Shown here in pieces: positions 25,933 to 32,763 of a stretch of 32,763 nucleotides of DNA; position 1 is the first letter of the stretch, and the number at the start of each line of letters is the position of its first letter. Under the pieces are notes generated by a model. The model was not told the origin of the DNA. It saw only the letters and a list, made by a program, of their open reading frames with translations, and ran no database searches. Position numbers and translations under genes: made by a program. The stretch comes from Acidimicrobiia bacterium (lineage in GTDB: Bacteria > Actinomycetota > Acidimicrobiia > Spongiisociales > JAENVV01). The stretch is taken from positions 62,001 to 94,763 of the forward strand of contig JBFGJH010000005.1 in the NCBI GenBank assembly GCA_041577335.1. Direction: 5' to 3'.

Positions 25933-27243
25933 GTGCGCCGAACGGCAACTCCGCAGTTGCGTACCTATGCAGTGCTCACCGCCCTGGGGCTGATCGGCGG
26001 ATTGGTCGCCGGGCGACCCGAGCTTGCTGCGCTCGCAGCGCCGTTCACGATTCTCTTGGCGGTGGGCCTCGCCGTGTCGCACGATCTCGATGTCACCGTT
26101 GCCGCCCGACTCGACCGTCATCGTGCCATCGAAGGAGAGAGCATCACCCTCATCTTTGACGCACTGACAACTCCCCCGGGAGCGCGTCTCGAATTCGAGC
26201 TTGATGTCCCAGCCGGAGTGACATTGGGGCCGACCGCCGACAAAGACGCCGACTCAGATGGACTTTCCGAAACCATCGTGGTCGAGCTCGTATCTGGTTC
26301 ACCCGGTACCCTGCCGCTGGCACTGGATCTGGTGTGCGAGCGGTGGGGAGCATATCGGATCAGCTCCGTCAAGATCTGGAGTCGCGATGCGTTGGGGCTG
26401 TTCGACTACCACCTCGAGTTGCCACTCAACATCTCCTTCAAGGTCTTCCCAAAGCCGGCAGCCCTCAGGGGATTGCTCCAACCCGTCGAAACCCAGCTTG
26501 GCTTCGGCGATCTGGTTTCCAGGCATAAGGGAGGTGGCCTGGAGTTTGCCGACCTCCGGCCGATGGTTGTCGGCGACGACCCACGCCAGGTCAACTGGCG
26601 GGTCACCGCAAGAGGCCGCGGCAGGTGGGTGAATGATCGTCATCCTGAACGCAACAGCGATGTCGTTCTCCTCGTCGACACGCTTTCGGTCCAGCGTCAG
26701 GGCGTGGACGTGACGCTTGACCTGGCCGTACGCGCGGCAGCCGGATTGACCGCGAGTCATCTCGGCCGTAACGATCGCGTCGGGCTCATCTCGTTCGGGG
26801 AACCAGTCCGGTGGCTTCATCCGGGGATGGGTGACGTCCAGCGCTACCAGGTATTGGATACGTTGATGGAAAGCCGAGCGAGCCGACATCTGTACTGGCG
26901 CGGCGTCAATGCGGTCCCCCGGCGAGCGCTACCTGCCAAGGCCCTCGTCGTCGGTTTGAGCCCGTTGCTGGATCAGCGCGCCATCGATGCCTTTGCCGAT
27001 TTGCGCGGACGTGGGTTCGATCTGGTTGTCATCGAAATCCCTGCCGAGCCCTTCGTGGCCGATCCAACCAACTCGGAGGAGGAGCTGGCCCGGCGGATCT
27101 GGGAACTCCAACGCGAGGCAACACGAACCCGGTTTCTGCGGCATGGCATCGCCACGGCGCGCTGGAACCCGGACGAGCCTTTCCAGCGGGCACTCGGGGA
27201 GGTGGAAGCATTTCGACGCAGCGCAATGCGCGCACGGGTGTAG
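25933..27243 (+). CDS. DUF58 domain protein
   Basis: GLEFADLRPMVVGDDPRQVNWRVTAR, VVLLVD, DRVGLI; follows moxR. Confidence 0.9.
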   Translation: MRRTATPQLRTYAVLTALGLIGGLVAGRPELAALAAPFTILLAVGLAVSHDLDVTVAARLDRHRAIEGESITLIFDALTTPPGARLEFELDVPAGVTLGPTADKDADSDGLSETIVVELVSGSPGTLPLALDLVCERWGAYRISSVKIWSRDALGLFDYHLELPLNISFKVFPKPAALRGLLQPVETQLGFGDLVSRHKGGGLEFADLRPMVVGDDPRQVNWRVTARGRGRWVNDRHPERNSDVVLLVDTLSVQRQGVDVTLDLAVRAAAGLTASHLGRNDRVGLISFGEPVRWLHPGMGDVQRYQVLDTLMESRASRHLYWRGVNAVPRRALPAKALVVGLSPLLDQRAIDAFADLRGRGFDLVVIEIPAEPFVADPTNSEEELARRIWELQREATRTRFLRHGIATARWNPDEPFQRALGEVEAFRRSAMRARV

Positions 27244-27266
27244 TCCTGGCGCTGATCGCGATCGGC

Positions 27267-27740
27267 ATGGCCTTCGGGCTTTCCGTGTATCCGAATGCAG
27301 AGCTCGACAACATCAGGCAGTTGGTGCGCCTCATCGGAGCAGCGGGCCTTGCGCTGATGATCGCTGCGCTTGTGCTGGGCGTGCGGTGGGCAGTCGGTTG
27401 GGCGACGGTGGTGATGGTCGTTGGATACGGCCTGTCATTGATCGGTCGGGCCACCGTCGATCTCTGGGCACCCGCCTATGCGGCAGGCTTGCTGGTCATG
27501 ATCGAGTCGGCGTACGCCTCGCTCAATGGGCGCCTCCCGACCAACACGTCTCGCCGGGTACTCAAACGAGACCTCGGCCGGTTGCTCGCTCTGGGGCTGG
27601 GCGGGGCATCGATCGCCGTCCTCGTGCTGGCGTTGTCCTCGGCACCCGTGGCCTACGGACTGCTCGTTCAGGTGGCAGGCGTCGGCGCCGCCGCCGCCGT
27701 GCTGACAACGCTGATCCTTCTCGTACGTCAACGGGCTTAG
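27267..27740 (+). CDS. Hypothetical membrane protein (last gene of the MoxR operon); start uncertain
   Basis: About five hydrophobic helices; the hydrophobic frame extends upstream to ~27240. Confidence 0.72.
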   Translation: MAFGLSVYPNAELDNIRQLVRLIGAAGLALMIAALVLGVRWAVGWATVVMVVGYGLSLIGRATVDLWAPAYAAGLLVMIESAYASLNGRLPTNTSRRVLKRDLGRLLALGLGGASIAVLVLALSSAPVAYGLLVQVAGVGAAAAVLTTLILLVRQRA

Positions 27741-27779
27741 GCACCGGTTCCACACTCCGCGGGCTGCGCACTCCGGAAA

Positions 27780-27805
27780 CCCGAACCCAGGGTTCAACCC
27801 TGGTT
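27780..27805 (-). repeat. Inverted copy of the 17-bp motif plus an overlapping palindrome
   Basis: Minus strand TGAACCCTGGGTTCGGG (27780-27796); CCAGGGTT-C-AACCCTGG. Confidence 0.5.
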
Positions 27806-27812
27806 GCCGGAG

Positions 27813-28010
27813 TCAGCGGATGGGGTAGCCGGCGGGGTCGGTGGCGTAGATCGAGAGGCCGTCTCCGTCGACCTTCGTGAACTCGATGGTATCCCCGACT
27901 CCGATGTCGGTGAACGTCGTTGGGTCCCATGCGGGCAGGAAACTGCTGCCGGGATCCTTGCGGAAGACCACCGCGAGTTCTTAGCCGCCGGCAGCCCATA
28001 TTGCTGGCAC
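27813..28010 (-). pseudogene. Probable gene remnant or 52-aa small ORF
   Basis: Frame VPAIWAAGG*ELAVVFRKDPGSSFLPAWDPTTFTDIGVGDTIEFTKVDGDGLSIYATDPAGYPIR* has strongly GC3-biased codons and an in-frame TAA at 27981-27983. Confidence 0.45.
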
Positions 28011-28149
28011 TGCTCTATGTTGTGAGCTGTCAAACAATCTTAAACAGTCTCAAGAGACTCCCGAGCAGAGACGTATTCACCCGACAAGGGTGGAGTCGGG
28101 CTGAAAGTCCGAGCGTAGCTTCAGCCGCAATCAGGCTCGGAGGACTTCC

Positions 28150-29214
28150 ATGGACGAAGGCAACCACACGGACGGCACCGCCGGCGAACCCGAAGGTGAC
28201 GGTCTACCTGACGGCGCAGCCGAAGGCACGTCCGAACCGGGTATGGGAGCGACGGTGGGCGAAGGGGCCGCCGACGGTGGGAGCGAGCTCGGCCCTCCCG
28301 ACAACCCGGCCGGCGCAGAAGTCACCGAGACACCCCTCGACGCTGCCGATGACGTGAGACGGAAATGGCTGATTGGCGGCGGAATTGCGGCCGCCGCCGT
28401 GGTGGCCATCTTGGCAGTTCTAGCATTCACCGGAAGCGGCGCCGAGGCCCAGGAGCCCGAGCTGAGCCTGCGTTCGTATCGCATCGTCGGAGTCGCGGCG
28501 ACCCCCGCGAGCACCACAACTACGACGCCAACCACGACCACCGTGCCGGCGACGACCACGACCATGGCTGACACGACAACCACCGTCGCCGAGACGACAA
28601 CCACGGTCGAAGGAACCACGACGGTGCCCGATACAACCACGAGCACGGAGGCAGGCACCACCGACACCACGGTGGCGGCGACAACGACAACGGTTGCCGC
28701 GACGACAACCACCTCGCCGGAGACAACCACGACGGCTGCTGAAACGACCACGACCGTGGCGGCGACCACGACGCCCGAGGCCCCACCTGCGACCGAGCCT
28801 CCCGCCGGGCCTCAGCCGGCCGACTCGGAAGAGGTGGCGCTCATCGATGCCTTCGTAGTCGATTTCAACGCTGCGCTCGACGACGGAAACACGGATTTCT
28901 TGCTGGCGACGCTCAGCCCGATCTCCATCGACGTCTTCGGGGACGAGGCCTGCGCGGATCGCGTCCAGAACCACGTCTCGCGGGTGCGCGATGTGACTCT
29001 GGATTCCACGATTCTCGGACCAGCCGACTACACGGTGGCGATTCCGGATGTCGAGGGTGCATATGAGATCACGGTCGAATCGATCTACACGTCGAACGCT
29101 TCCTACACCATCGACGGCGAGCCTTCCGGGCAGGAAGCATGGCTCCAGATCGACGAGGGAGGGCGGGTCTCGTACATCATCAACTGCGGAGGCGACAAGG
29201 TCGAGGTGAACTGA
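28150..29214 (+). CDS. Single-pass membrane protein with acidic N-terminal tail, Thr-rich stalk and small Cys-pair C-terminal domain
   Basis: RRKW followed by a TM helix; (A/P)(E/D/A)TTTT(V/A) repeats ~28500-28775; RBS GGAGGA. Confidence 0.85.
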   Translation: MDEGNHTDGTAGEPEGDGLPDGAAEGTSEPGMGATVGEGAADGGSELGPPDNPAGAEVTETPLDAADDVRRKWLIGGGIAAAAVVAILAVLAFTGSGAEAQEPELSLRSYRIVGVAATPASTTTTTPTTTTVPATTTTMADTTTTVAETTTTVEGTTTVPDTTTSTEAGTTDTTVAATTTTVAATTTTSPETTTTAAETTTTVAATTTPEAPPATEPPAGPQPADSEEVALIDAFVVDFNAALDDGNTDFLLATLSPISIDVFGDEACADRVQNHVSRVRDVTLDSTILGPADYTVAIPDVEGAYEITVESIYTSNASYTIDGEPSGQEAWLQIDEGGRVSYIINCGGDKVEVN

Positions 29215-29254
29215 GAGTCTGGCCGACCACGCCCCAGAGCTGGTCGATGCGCTC

Positions 29255-29284
29255 AGGGGGCCCTGAATCGTATCGGGGCCCCTT
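29255..29284. terminator. Terminator hairpin between convergent genes
   Basis: AGGGGGCCCTGA-ATCGTA-TCGGGGCCCCTT, 12-bp stem with G-U pairs. Confidence 0.7.
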
Positions 29285-29292
29285 GCCCATGG

Positions 29293-29736
29293 TCAGGCCG
29301 GTTCGACGCTGAAATCGAGGAGGCGAAGGCCGAAGCCACCGTCGACAGCCATCTGCTCGATGTCCAGCATGATGAGCGTCGGATAGCCCAAGTCGGCGTA
29401 TTCGACCTCGTTTTCATCGCCCCGGCCGATGCTTGCATCGATCAGATCGAACAAGGCCTCGATGGTGTAGCCGTACTCAACGACATCCACGGCCTGCTCG
29501 TTGCCCTCGCCGAGGTAGGTCACCGAGATCACTTCGCCGCCGACAACGTCAACGCGCTTGAGGCCACTCGTCACCTCATCACATTCGCATGTCCTCGAGT
29601 AGACGAACGAGTAGGAGCCCACGGAGGCGGCCTGCCACGCGTTCTCGGCAGATGCCAAATCGCGGCTATCCGCCGACCCACCACAGGCCACGCACACGAT
29701 CGCCACCGTCACTGCCGACGCGTATAGCCTTTTCAT
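29293..29736 (-). CDS. DUF6174-like lipoprotein
   Basis: Lipobox CVA-C; AWQAASVGSYSFVYSRTCEC; TIEALFDLI; EYADLGYP. Confidence 0.8.
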   Translation of the reverse strand: MKRLYASAVTVAIVCVACGGSADSRDLASAENAWQAASVGSYSFVYSRTCECDEVTSGLKRVDVVGGEVISVTYLGEGNEQAVDVVEYGYTIEALFDLIDASIGRGDENEVEYADLGYPTLIMLDIEQMAVDGGFGLRLLDFSVEPA

Positions 29737-29786
29737 GTTCAGTAGGACGCATCAAGCAGGTGCGAGGTTCCGCGAGGTCACCAAGC

Positions 29787-30251
29787 TCAGCACCCATCAA
29801 GAACGGTCGCCGGTCCGGCGAGGACGGGGCTCTGAGAGAGGCTGGCGAGGTACCCAGCCGGCAACCCCCGAGCGCGGCCACCGTGGAGGAGGTGATCGAG
29901 GTACCACGCATGAGGAGTCAGCCCGCTATCGACCGCAGATTGGTCCGCCCGATAGACCCATGCCGGACGCCCGATCGATCCGGTGACGACCGTCAGGAGG
30001 CTCCGTGCATAGCCCGGCTCAAATGAGTCGAGGCGAAGGAGATCGGCCTCAGCGAGTTCGGCAACCGCCCCCCATACATGAGATTCGTCGGTCGCCTGCC
30101 AAGCATCTGCCTTGGCCGTCCCATCGCGGCCGCGCTTGTGGAATCGCAGCTCGTGAGCATCGAGACGGGCAGGCCCGAGAAAACGGGCTGAGGGCGCTCT
30201 GCTCACCAGCCGTGATTCGCAGAGGTTGGATCCGTAGGCGAAGTACAGCAC
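29787..30251 (-). CDS. Gamma-glutamylcyclotransferase (AIG2-like) family protein
   Basis: LYFAYGSNL, LRFHKRGRDGTAKAD, VWGAV, LDSFEPGY, WYLDHL. Confidence 0.88.
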   Translation of the reverse strand: MLYFAYGSNLCESRLVSRAPSARFLGPARLDAHELRFHKRGRDGTAKADAWQATDESHVWGAVAELAEADLLRLDSFEPGYARSLLTVVTGSIGRPAWVYRADQSAVDSGLTPHAWYLDHLLHGGRARGLPAGYLASLSQSPVLAGPATVLDGC

Positions 30252-30367
30252 GGCGCAACACGTTACCCGCGGCAGGCCCTGAGACGCGAATATCGCTGCC
30301 GAGAATCTCGGACCCGGCGAGGGCTGACCGCGCCCCGGGTCGGATCTTCCTGGAAAGCTCGAGAACT

Positions 30368-30394
30368 TGTCGAAACCAGCCAAGTGAGTTCGTC
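30368..30394 (+). promoter_or_regulatory. ECF42-like promoter TGTCGA-N17-CGTC
   Basis: Matches the -35/-10 pattern known for ECF42 targets, which are YCII/DGPF genes. Confidence 0.6.
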
Positions 30395-30444
30395 GTATAG
30401 TCAACAGGGCCCACACGCGGTGGGTCGATGACCAGGAGGATGTC

Positions 30445-30759
30445 ATGGCGAATTATGTGCTTGCCTATCACGGCGGCGGAATGCCGGAGACCGAAGAAGA
30501 ATCACAGAAGGTCATGGCAGCGTGGGAAGCCTGGTACGGCGAGCTCGGGGCAGCGCTCGTGGACGGCGGCGCTCCGACCGGCCAGGCCAAAACCGTGGCG
30601 CCGGACGGCTCCGTACACGAAGGTGGCGGCGCCAATCCGCTCTCTGGCTACACCGTCGTCTCGGCGAGCAGTATCGACGAGGCAGTCGCTCTCGCAAAGG
30701 GATGCCCGATCGTCTCGTCCGGCGGATCAATTGAGGTCGCCGAAACCATCGACATGTAG
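30445..30759 (+). CDS. YciI/YCII-related protein
   Basis: YVLAYHGG, MAAWEAWYGELG..LVDGGAP, LSGYTVVSASSIDEAVALAKGCP, GGSIEVAE; RBS AGGAGG. Confidence 0.87.
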   Translation: MANYVLAYHGGGMPETEEESQKVMAAWEAWYGELGAALVDGGAPTGQAKTVAPDGSVHEGGGANPLSGYTVVSASSIDEAVALAKGCPIVSSGGSIEVAETIDM

Positions 30760-30776
30760 GCAGTCCCAGACAGGAA

Positions 30777-30808
30777 CGGAAGAAGCGACGCACAGCGTCG
30801 CTTTTCCG
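30777..30808 (+). terminator. Terminator hairpin
   Basis: CGGAAGAAGCGACGC-ACA-GCGTCGCTTTTCCG. Confidence 0.75.
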
Positions 30809-31076
30809 CGTTCGGAGTGGTTCGGCTCCGAAATGGCGCTCGGTGACTGCGACGGCCTACGTGCTACGGTCTACCGTGGCTTCCGCGACCCATGCGAGAC
30901 GAGCCATCGAAGACCATTTCAACGCCGGAATGGAAGGACAGCTCGTCGCCGAGGAGACGATTCACCTGCGCTTGAGCAGGTAGCGAGCAATACGATCGTG
31001 AAAGGCGGTGCCAGGTGGCACCGCCTCTCTCATCTAGGCCTCAAGGACTATTCGGCGACTCCCCGCGCGCACTAGT

Positions 31077-31103
31077 TCAAGTTTTTCACTCTCCGTGGCC
31101 GAT
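31077..31103 (+). promoter_or_regulatory. sigma28-like promoter TCAAG-N16-GCCGAT
   Basis: Same boxes and spacing as 5111-5137; 38 nt upstream of the SLH gene ATG. Confidence 0.55.
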
Positions 31104-31141
31104 GTAGTCAATACAGCCTCGTTCAAAGGGAGTGGGTAAAC

Positions 31142-32632
31142 ATGCGCCGCGTTGTGATGTCGTTTTTGATTGTGCTCAGCTTGTTGGTGGCTCCGGCCGC
31201 CTCGGGAGCAATGGGAGAAGGAACGGGGGCAGTCTACGGCACGGTCGTCGATGCGGTTACCGAACGCCCCGTCGAAGGAGTCTGCGTGTGGGTATACGGC
31301 CCCGGCATGACCGAGACCGAGCATTCTGGCTTCACCAACTGGGGCGGAGTGTACGAAATCAGTGGTATGGCTCCCGGCCAGTACACCCTCGAGTTCGACG
31401 ATTGTGAGCGCGAGGCGTACGACACGATGCAGGACGTTGTCCAGGTGACGGCAGGCAACGCAGTCAAGGCCGACGAGTACTTGGCCCTGGCCGACGGCGT
31501 TGGCTCAATCGTCGGGTTCGCCCACGACGCAGAAAGCCATGAGGGCGTTCAATGGATGTGCGTCGATCTGTTCATGGCCGCCGACGACATCCTCGTCAAC
31601 GGAACCTTGACCGGCGAAGACGGCGGCTACCAGTTGTACGGCCCGGCCGGCGACTACCGGGTCCGCTTCAAGAGCTGCGAGGGCAACAACTACAACACCC
31701 AGTGGTACGACGGTGCCGAAGGCTGGGAAGGCTCGACCGTGGTGACGATCGTTGCCAACGACTTTGTTGATGGCGTCGACGCCGACCTGATCGGCGAGGC
31801 CATCCCCGATACCTCGGTGATTTGGGGCTATGTCGTCGATGGCGCAACCGCCGAGGGTGTCGCCGGGTACTGCGTCTCGGTGTATCACGGCGACGACAAA
31901 ATCAAGACTGCCTTGACCGGGCCGGAAGGCGGCTACGAAATACAGGTTGATGCGGTCGAGATGACCGTCAAGGCGTGGGCATGCGAGGGCGCAGAGGATC
32001 TCGGCACCGTCTGGTATCTGGATGCGCTGGAGCTCGGCGATGCCGACTACTTCGTTCCCGAAGGTGGCGAGCACCAGCTCGACACAATCGTTGTCGGTGA
32101 CGTGCGCTTCTCGGACACCATCGACTCGATCTTCCACAAGGACATCGTGTGGCTGGCCGAAGAGGGTGTCACCAGCGGTTGCAACGCCGACCAGACGCTG
32201 TTCTGCCCCGGCGAGCACGTCACGAGGGCTCAGATGGCGGCCTTCCTGCATCGTGCGCTCGGCGAGTTGCTCGAAGCGTCTGGCGAGGCCGACTTTTCGG
32301 ACGACGACCTCTCGATCTTCGAAAAGGACATCGAATGGCTGGCAAGCGTCGGCGTGACGGCAGGCTGCGGTAACGGCGAGTTCTGCCCCAACGACTACGT
32401 GACTCGAGCTCAGATGGCAGCTTTCCTCCATCGTGCACTCGCGGATCTCTTGGTGGCCAGCGGCGATGCCAGCTTCTCCGACGACAACCAGTCGATCTTC
32501 GAAAAGGACATCGAATGGCTGGCGTCGACAGGCGTCACGGCAGGCTGCGATGACGGCTTGTTCTGCCCCAACGACTACGTGACCCGTGCTCACATGGCGG
32601 CTTTCCTACACCGAGCACTGGGCGACGCATGA
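31142..32632 (+). CDS. Secreted acidic cell-surface protein: three carboxypeptidase-regulatory-like beta domains plus three SLH-like repeats
   Basis: Signal peptide; repeats GAVYGTVVD / GSIVGFAHD / SVIWGYVVD; three copies of FSD...SIF.KDI.WLA..GVT.GC...FCP...VTRA(Q/H)MAAFLHRAL. Confidence 0.9.
   Translation: MRRVVMSFLIVLSLLVAPAASGAMGEGTGAVYGTVVDAVTERPVEGVCVWVYGPGMTETEHSGFTNWGGVYEISGMAPGQYTLEFDDCEREAYDTMQDVVQVTAGNAVKADEYLALADGVGSIVGFAHDAESHEGVQWMCVDLFMAADDILVNGTLTGEDGGYQLYGPAGDYRVRFKSCEGNNYNTQWYDGAEGWEGSTVVTIVANDFVDGVDADLIGEAIPDTSVIWGYVVDGATAEGVAGYCVSVYHGDDKIKTALTGPEGGYEIQVDAVEMTVKAWACEGAEDLGTVWYLDALELGDADYFVPEGGEHQLDTIVVGDVRFSDTIDSIFHKDIVWLAEEGVTSGCNADQTLFCPGEHVTRAQMAAFLHRALGELLEASGEADFSDDDLSIFEKDIEWLASVGVTAGCGNGEFCPNDYVTRAQMAAFLHRALADLLVASGDASFSDDNQSIFEKDIEWLASTGVTAGCDDGLFCPNDYVTRAHMAAFLHRALGDA
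32107..32620 (+). repeat. Tandem SLH-coding repeats (186 and 180 bp periods)
   Basis: TCGATCTTC anchors at 32126, 32312 and 32492; copies 2 and 3 share a 32-nt identical run. Confidence 0.85.
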
Positions 32633-32659
32633 CGACAGCTTCTGGCTGATACGTCACCC

Positions 32660-32689
32660 TGGGGGCCGGATCTCACGATCCGGCCCCCA
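32660..32689 (+). terminator. Terminator hairpin
   Basis: TGGGGGCCGGATC-TCAC-GATCCGGCCCCCA, perfect 13-bp stem. Confidence 0.85.
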
Positions 32690-32763
32690 ACTTGTAGGTC
32701 CGAAAGTGCCACCTGGCCCTTGAGCAGGGATCCTTCGCAAAACGCCGAGTCTCGGTGGATGCA

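Noticed and set aside
27794..28033. 79-aa (-) and 73-aa (+) track ORFs
   Set aside because: Their composition matches off-frame and antisense readings of the better coding frame at 27813-27980
28056..28150. Match to known riboswitches (c-di-AMP, c-di-GMP, SAM, TPP, cobalamin)
   Set aside because: Conserved core nucleotides of these classes are absent; kept only as an unclassified structured leader
28131..28769. Val-rich 212-aa minus-strand ORF resembling a gas-vesicle or membrane protein
   Set aside because: Reverse complement of the Thr-rich stalk (ACN codons read as Val)
28500..28775. Short tandem repeats as a possible CRISPR or VNTR element
   Set aside because: In-frame coding repeats with no constant repeat/unique spacer structure and no cas genes
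30843..30983. 46-codon plus-strand frame (VTATAYVLRS...IEDHFNAGMEGQLVAEETIHLRLSR)
   Set aside because: No RBS or promoter and it lies after a terminator; might be a remnant but there is no recognisable homology
32107..32620. 180-bp direct repeats as a possible array or mobile element
   Set aside because: Fully explained by three SLH domains

Overview
GC-rich, gene-dense bacterial chromosomal segment with an actinobacterial signature: a fused Kgd/OdhA-type 2-oxoglutarate dehydrogenase, leaderless TANNNT-N6-ATG starts, and GlnR-, DosR- and SigF-like sites. The Cys-containing SLH repeats and Thr-rich surface protein suggest Acidimicrobiia (inference). About 33 genes are present. They include kgd (runs off the left edge), an ECF sigma/anti-sigma pair, an Rrf2 regulator plus copper nitrite reductase with a fused cupredoxin, a TAP-like protease, amt-glnK, purine nucleoside phosphorylase, a CsbD-like protein, a NarL-type two-component system, glutamate decarboxylase plus a YrhK-like membrane protein, a GT2/acyltransferase pair, malic enzyme, a collagen-like lipoprotein, a MoxR-DUF58 operon, and an SLH protein. 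I saw no tRNA, rRNA, CRISPR array, integrase or transposase. The most interesting signals are mostly regulatory. (1) A compact nirK control module: a DosR-like box at about -42, an 8-5-8 inverted repeat over the -10 and start codon of a leaderless NsrR-like gene, and a three-domain membrane-anchored NirK. (2) Two copies of a sigma28-like TCAAG-N16-GCCGAT promoter, one in front of an unannotated 44-aa ORF. (3) A 17-bp palindromic repeat family bracketing the collagen/MoxR block. (4) A perfect 16-bp operator-like palindrome upstream of the GT2 operon. All family assignments come from motif recognition by eye, not from database searches.
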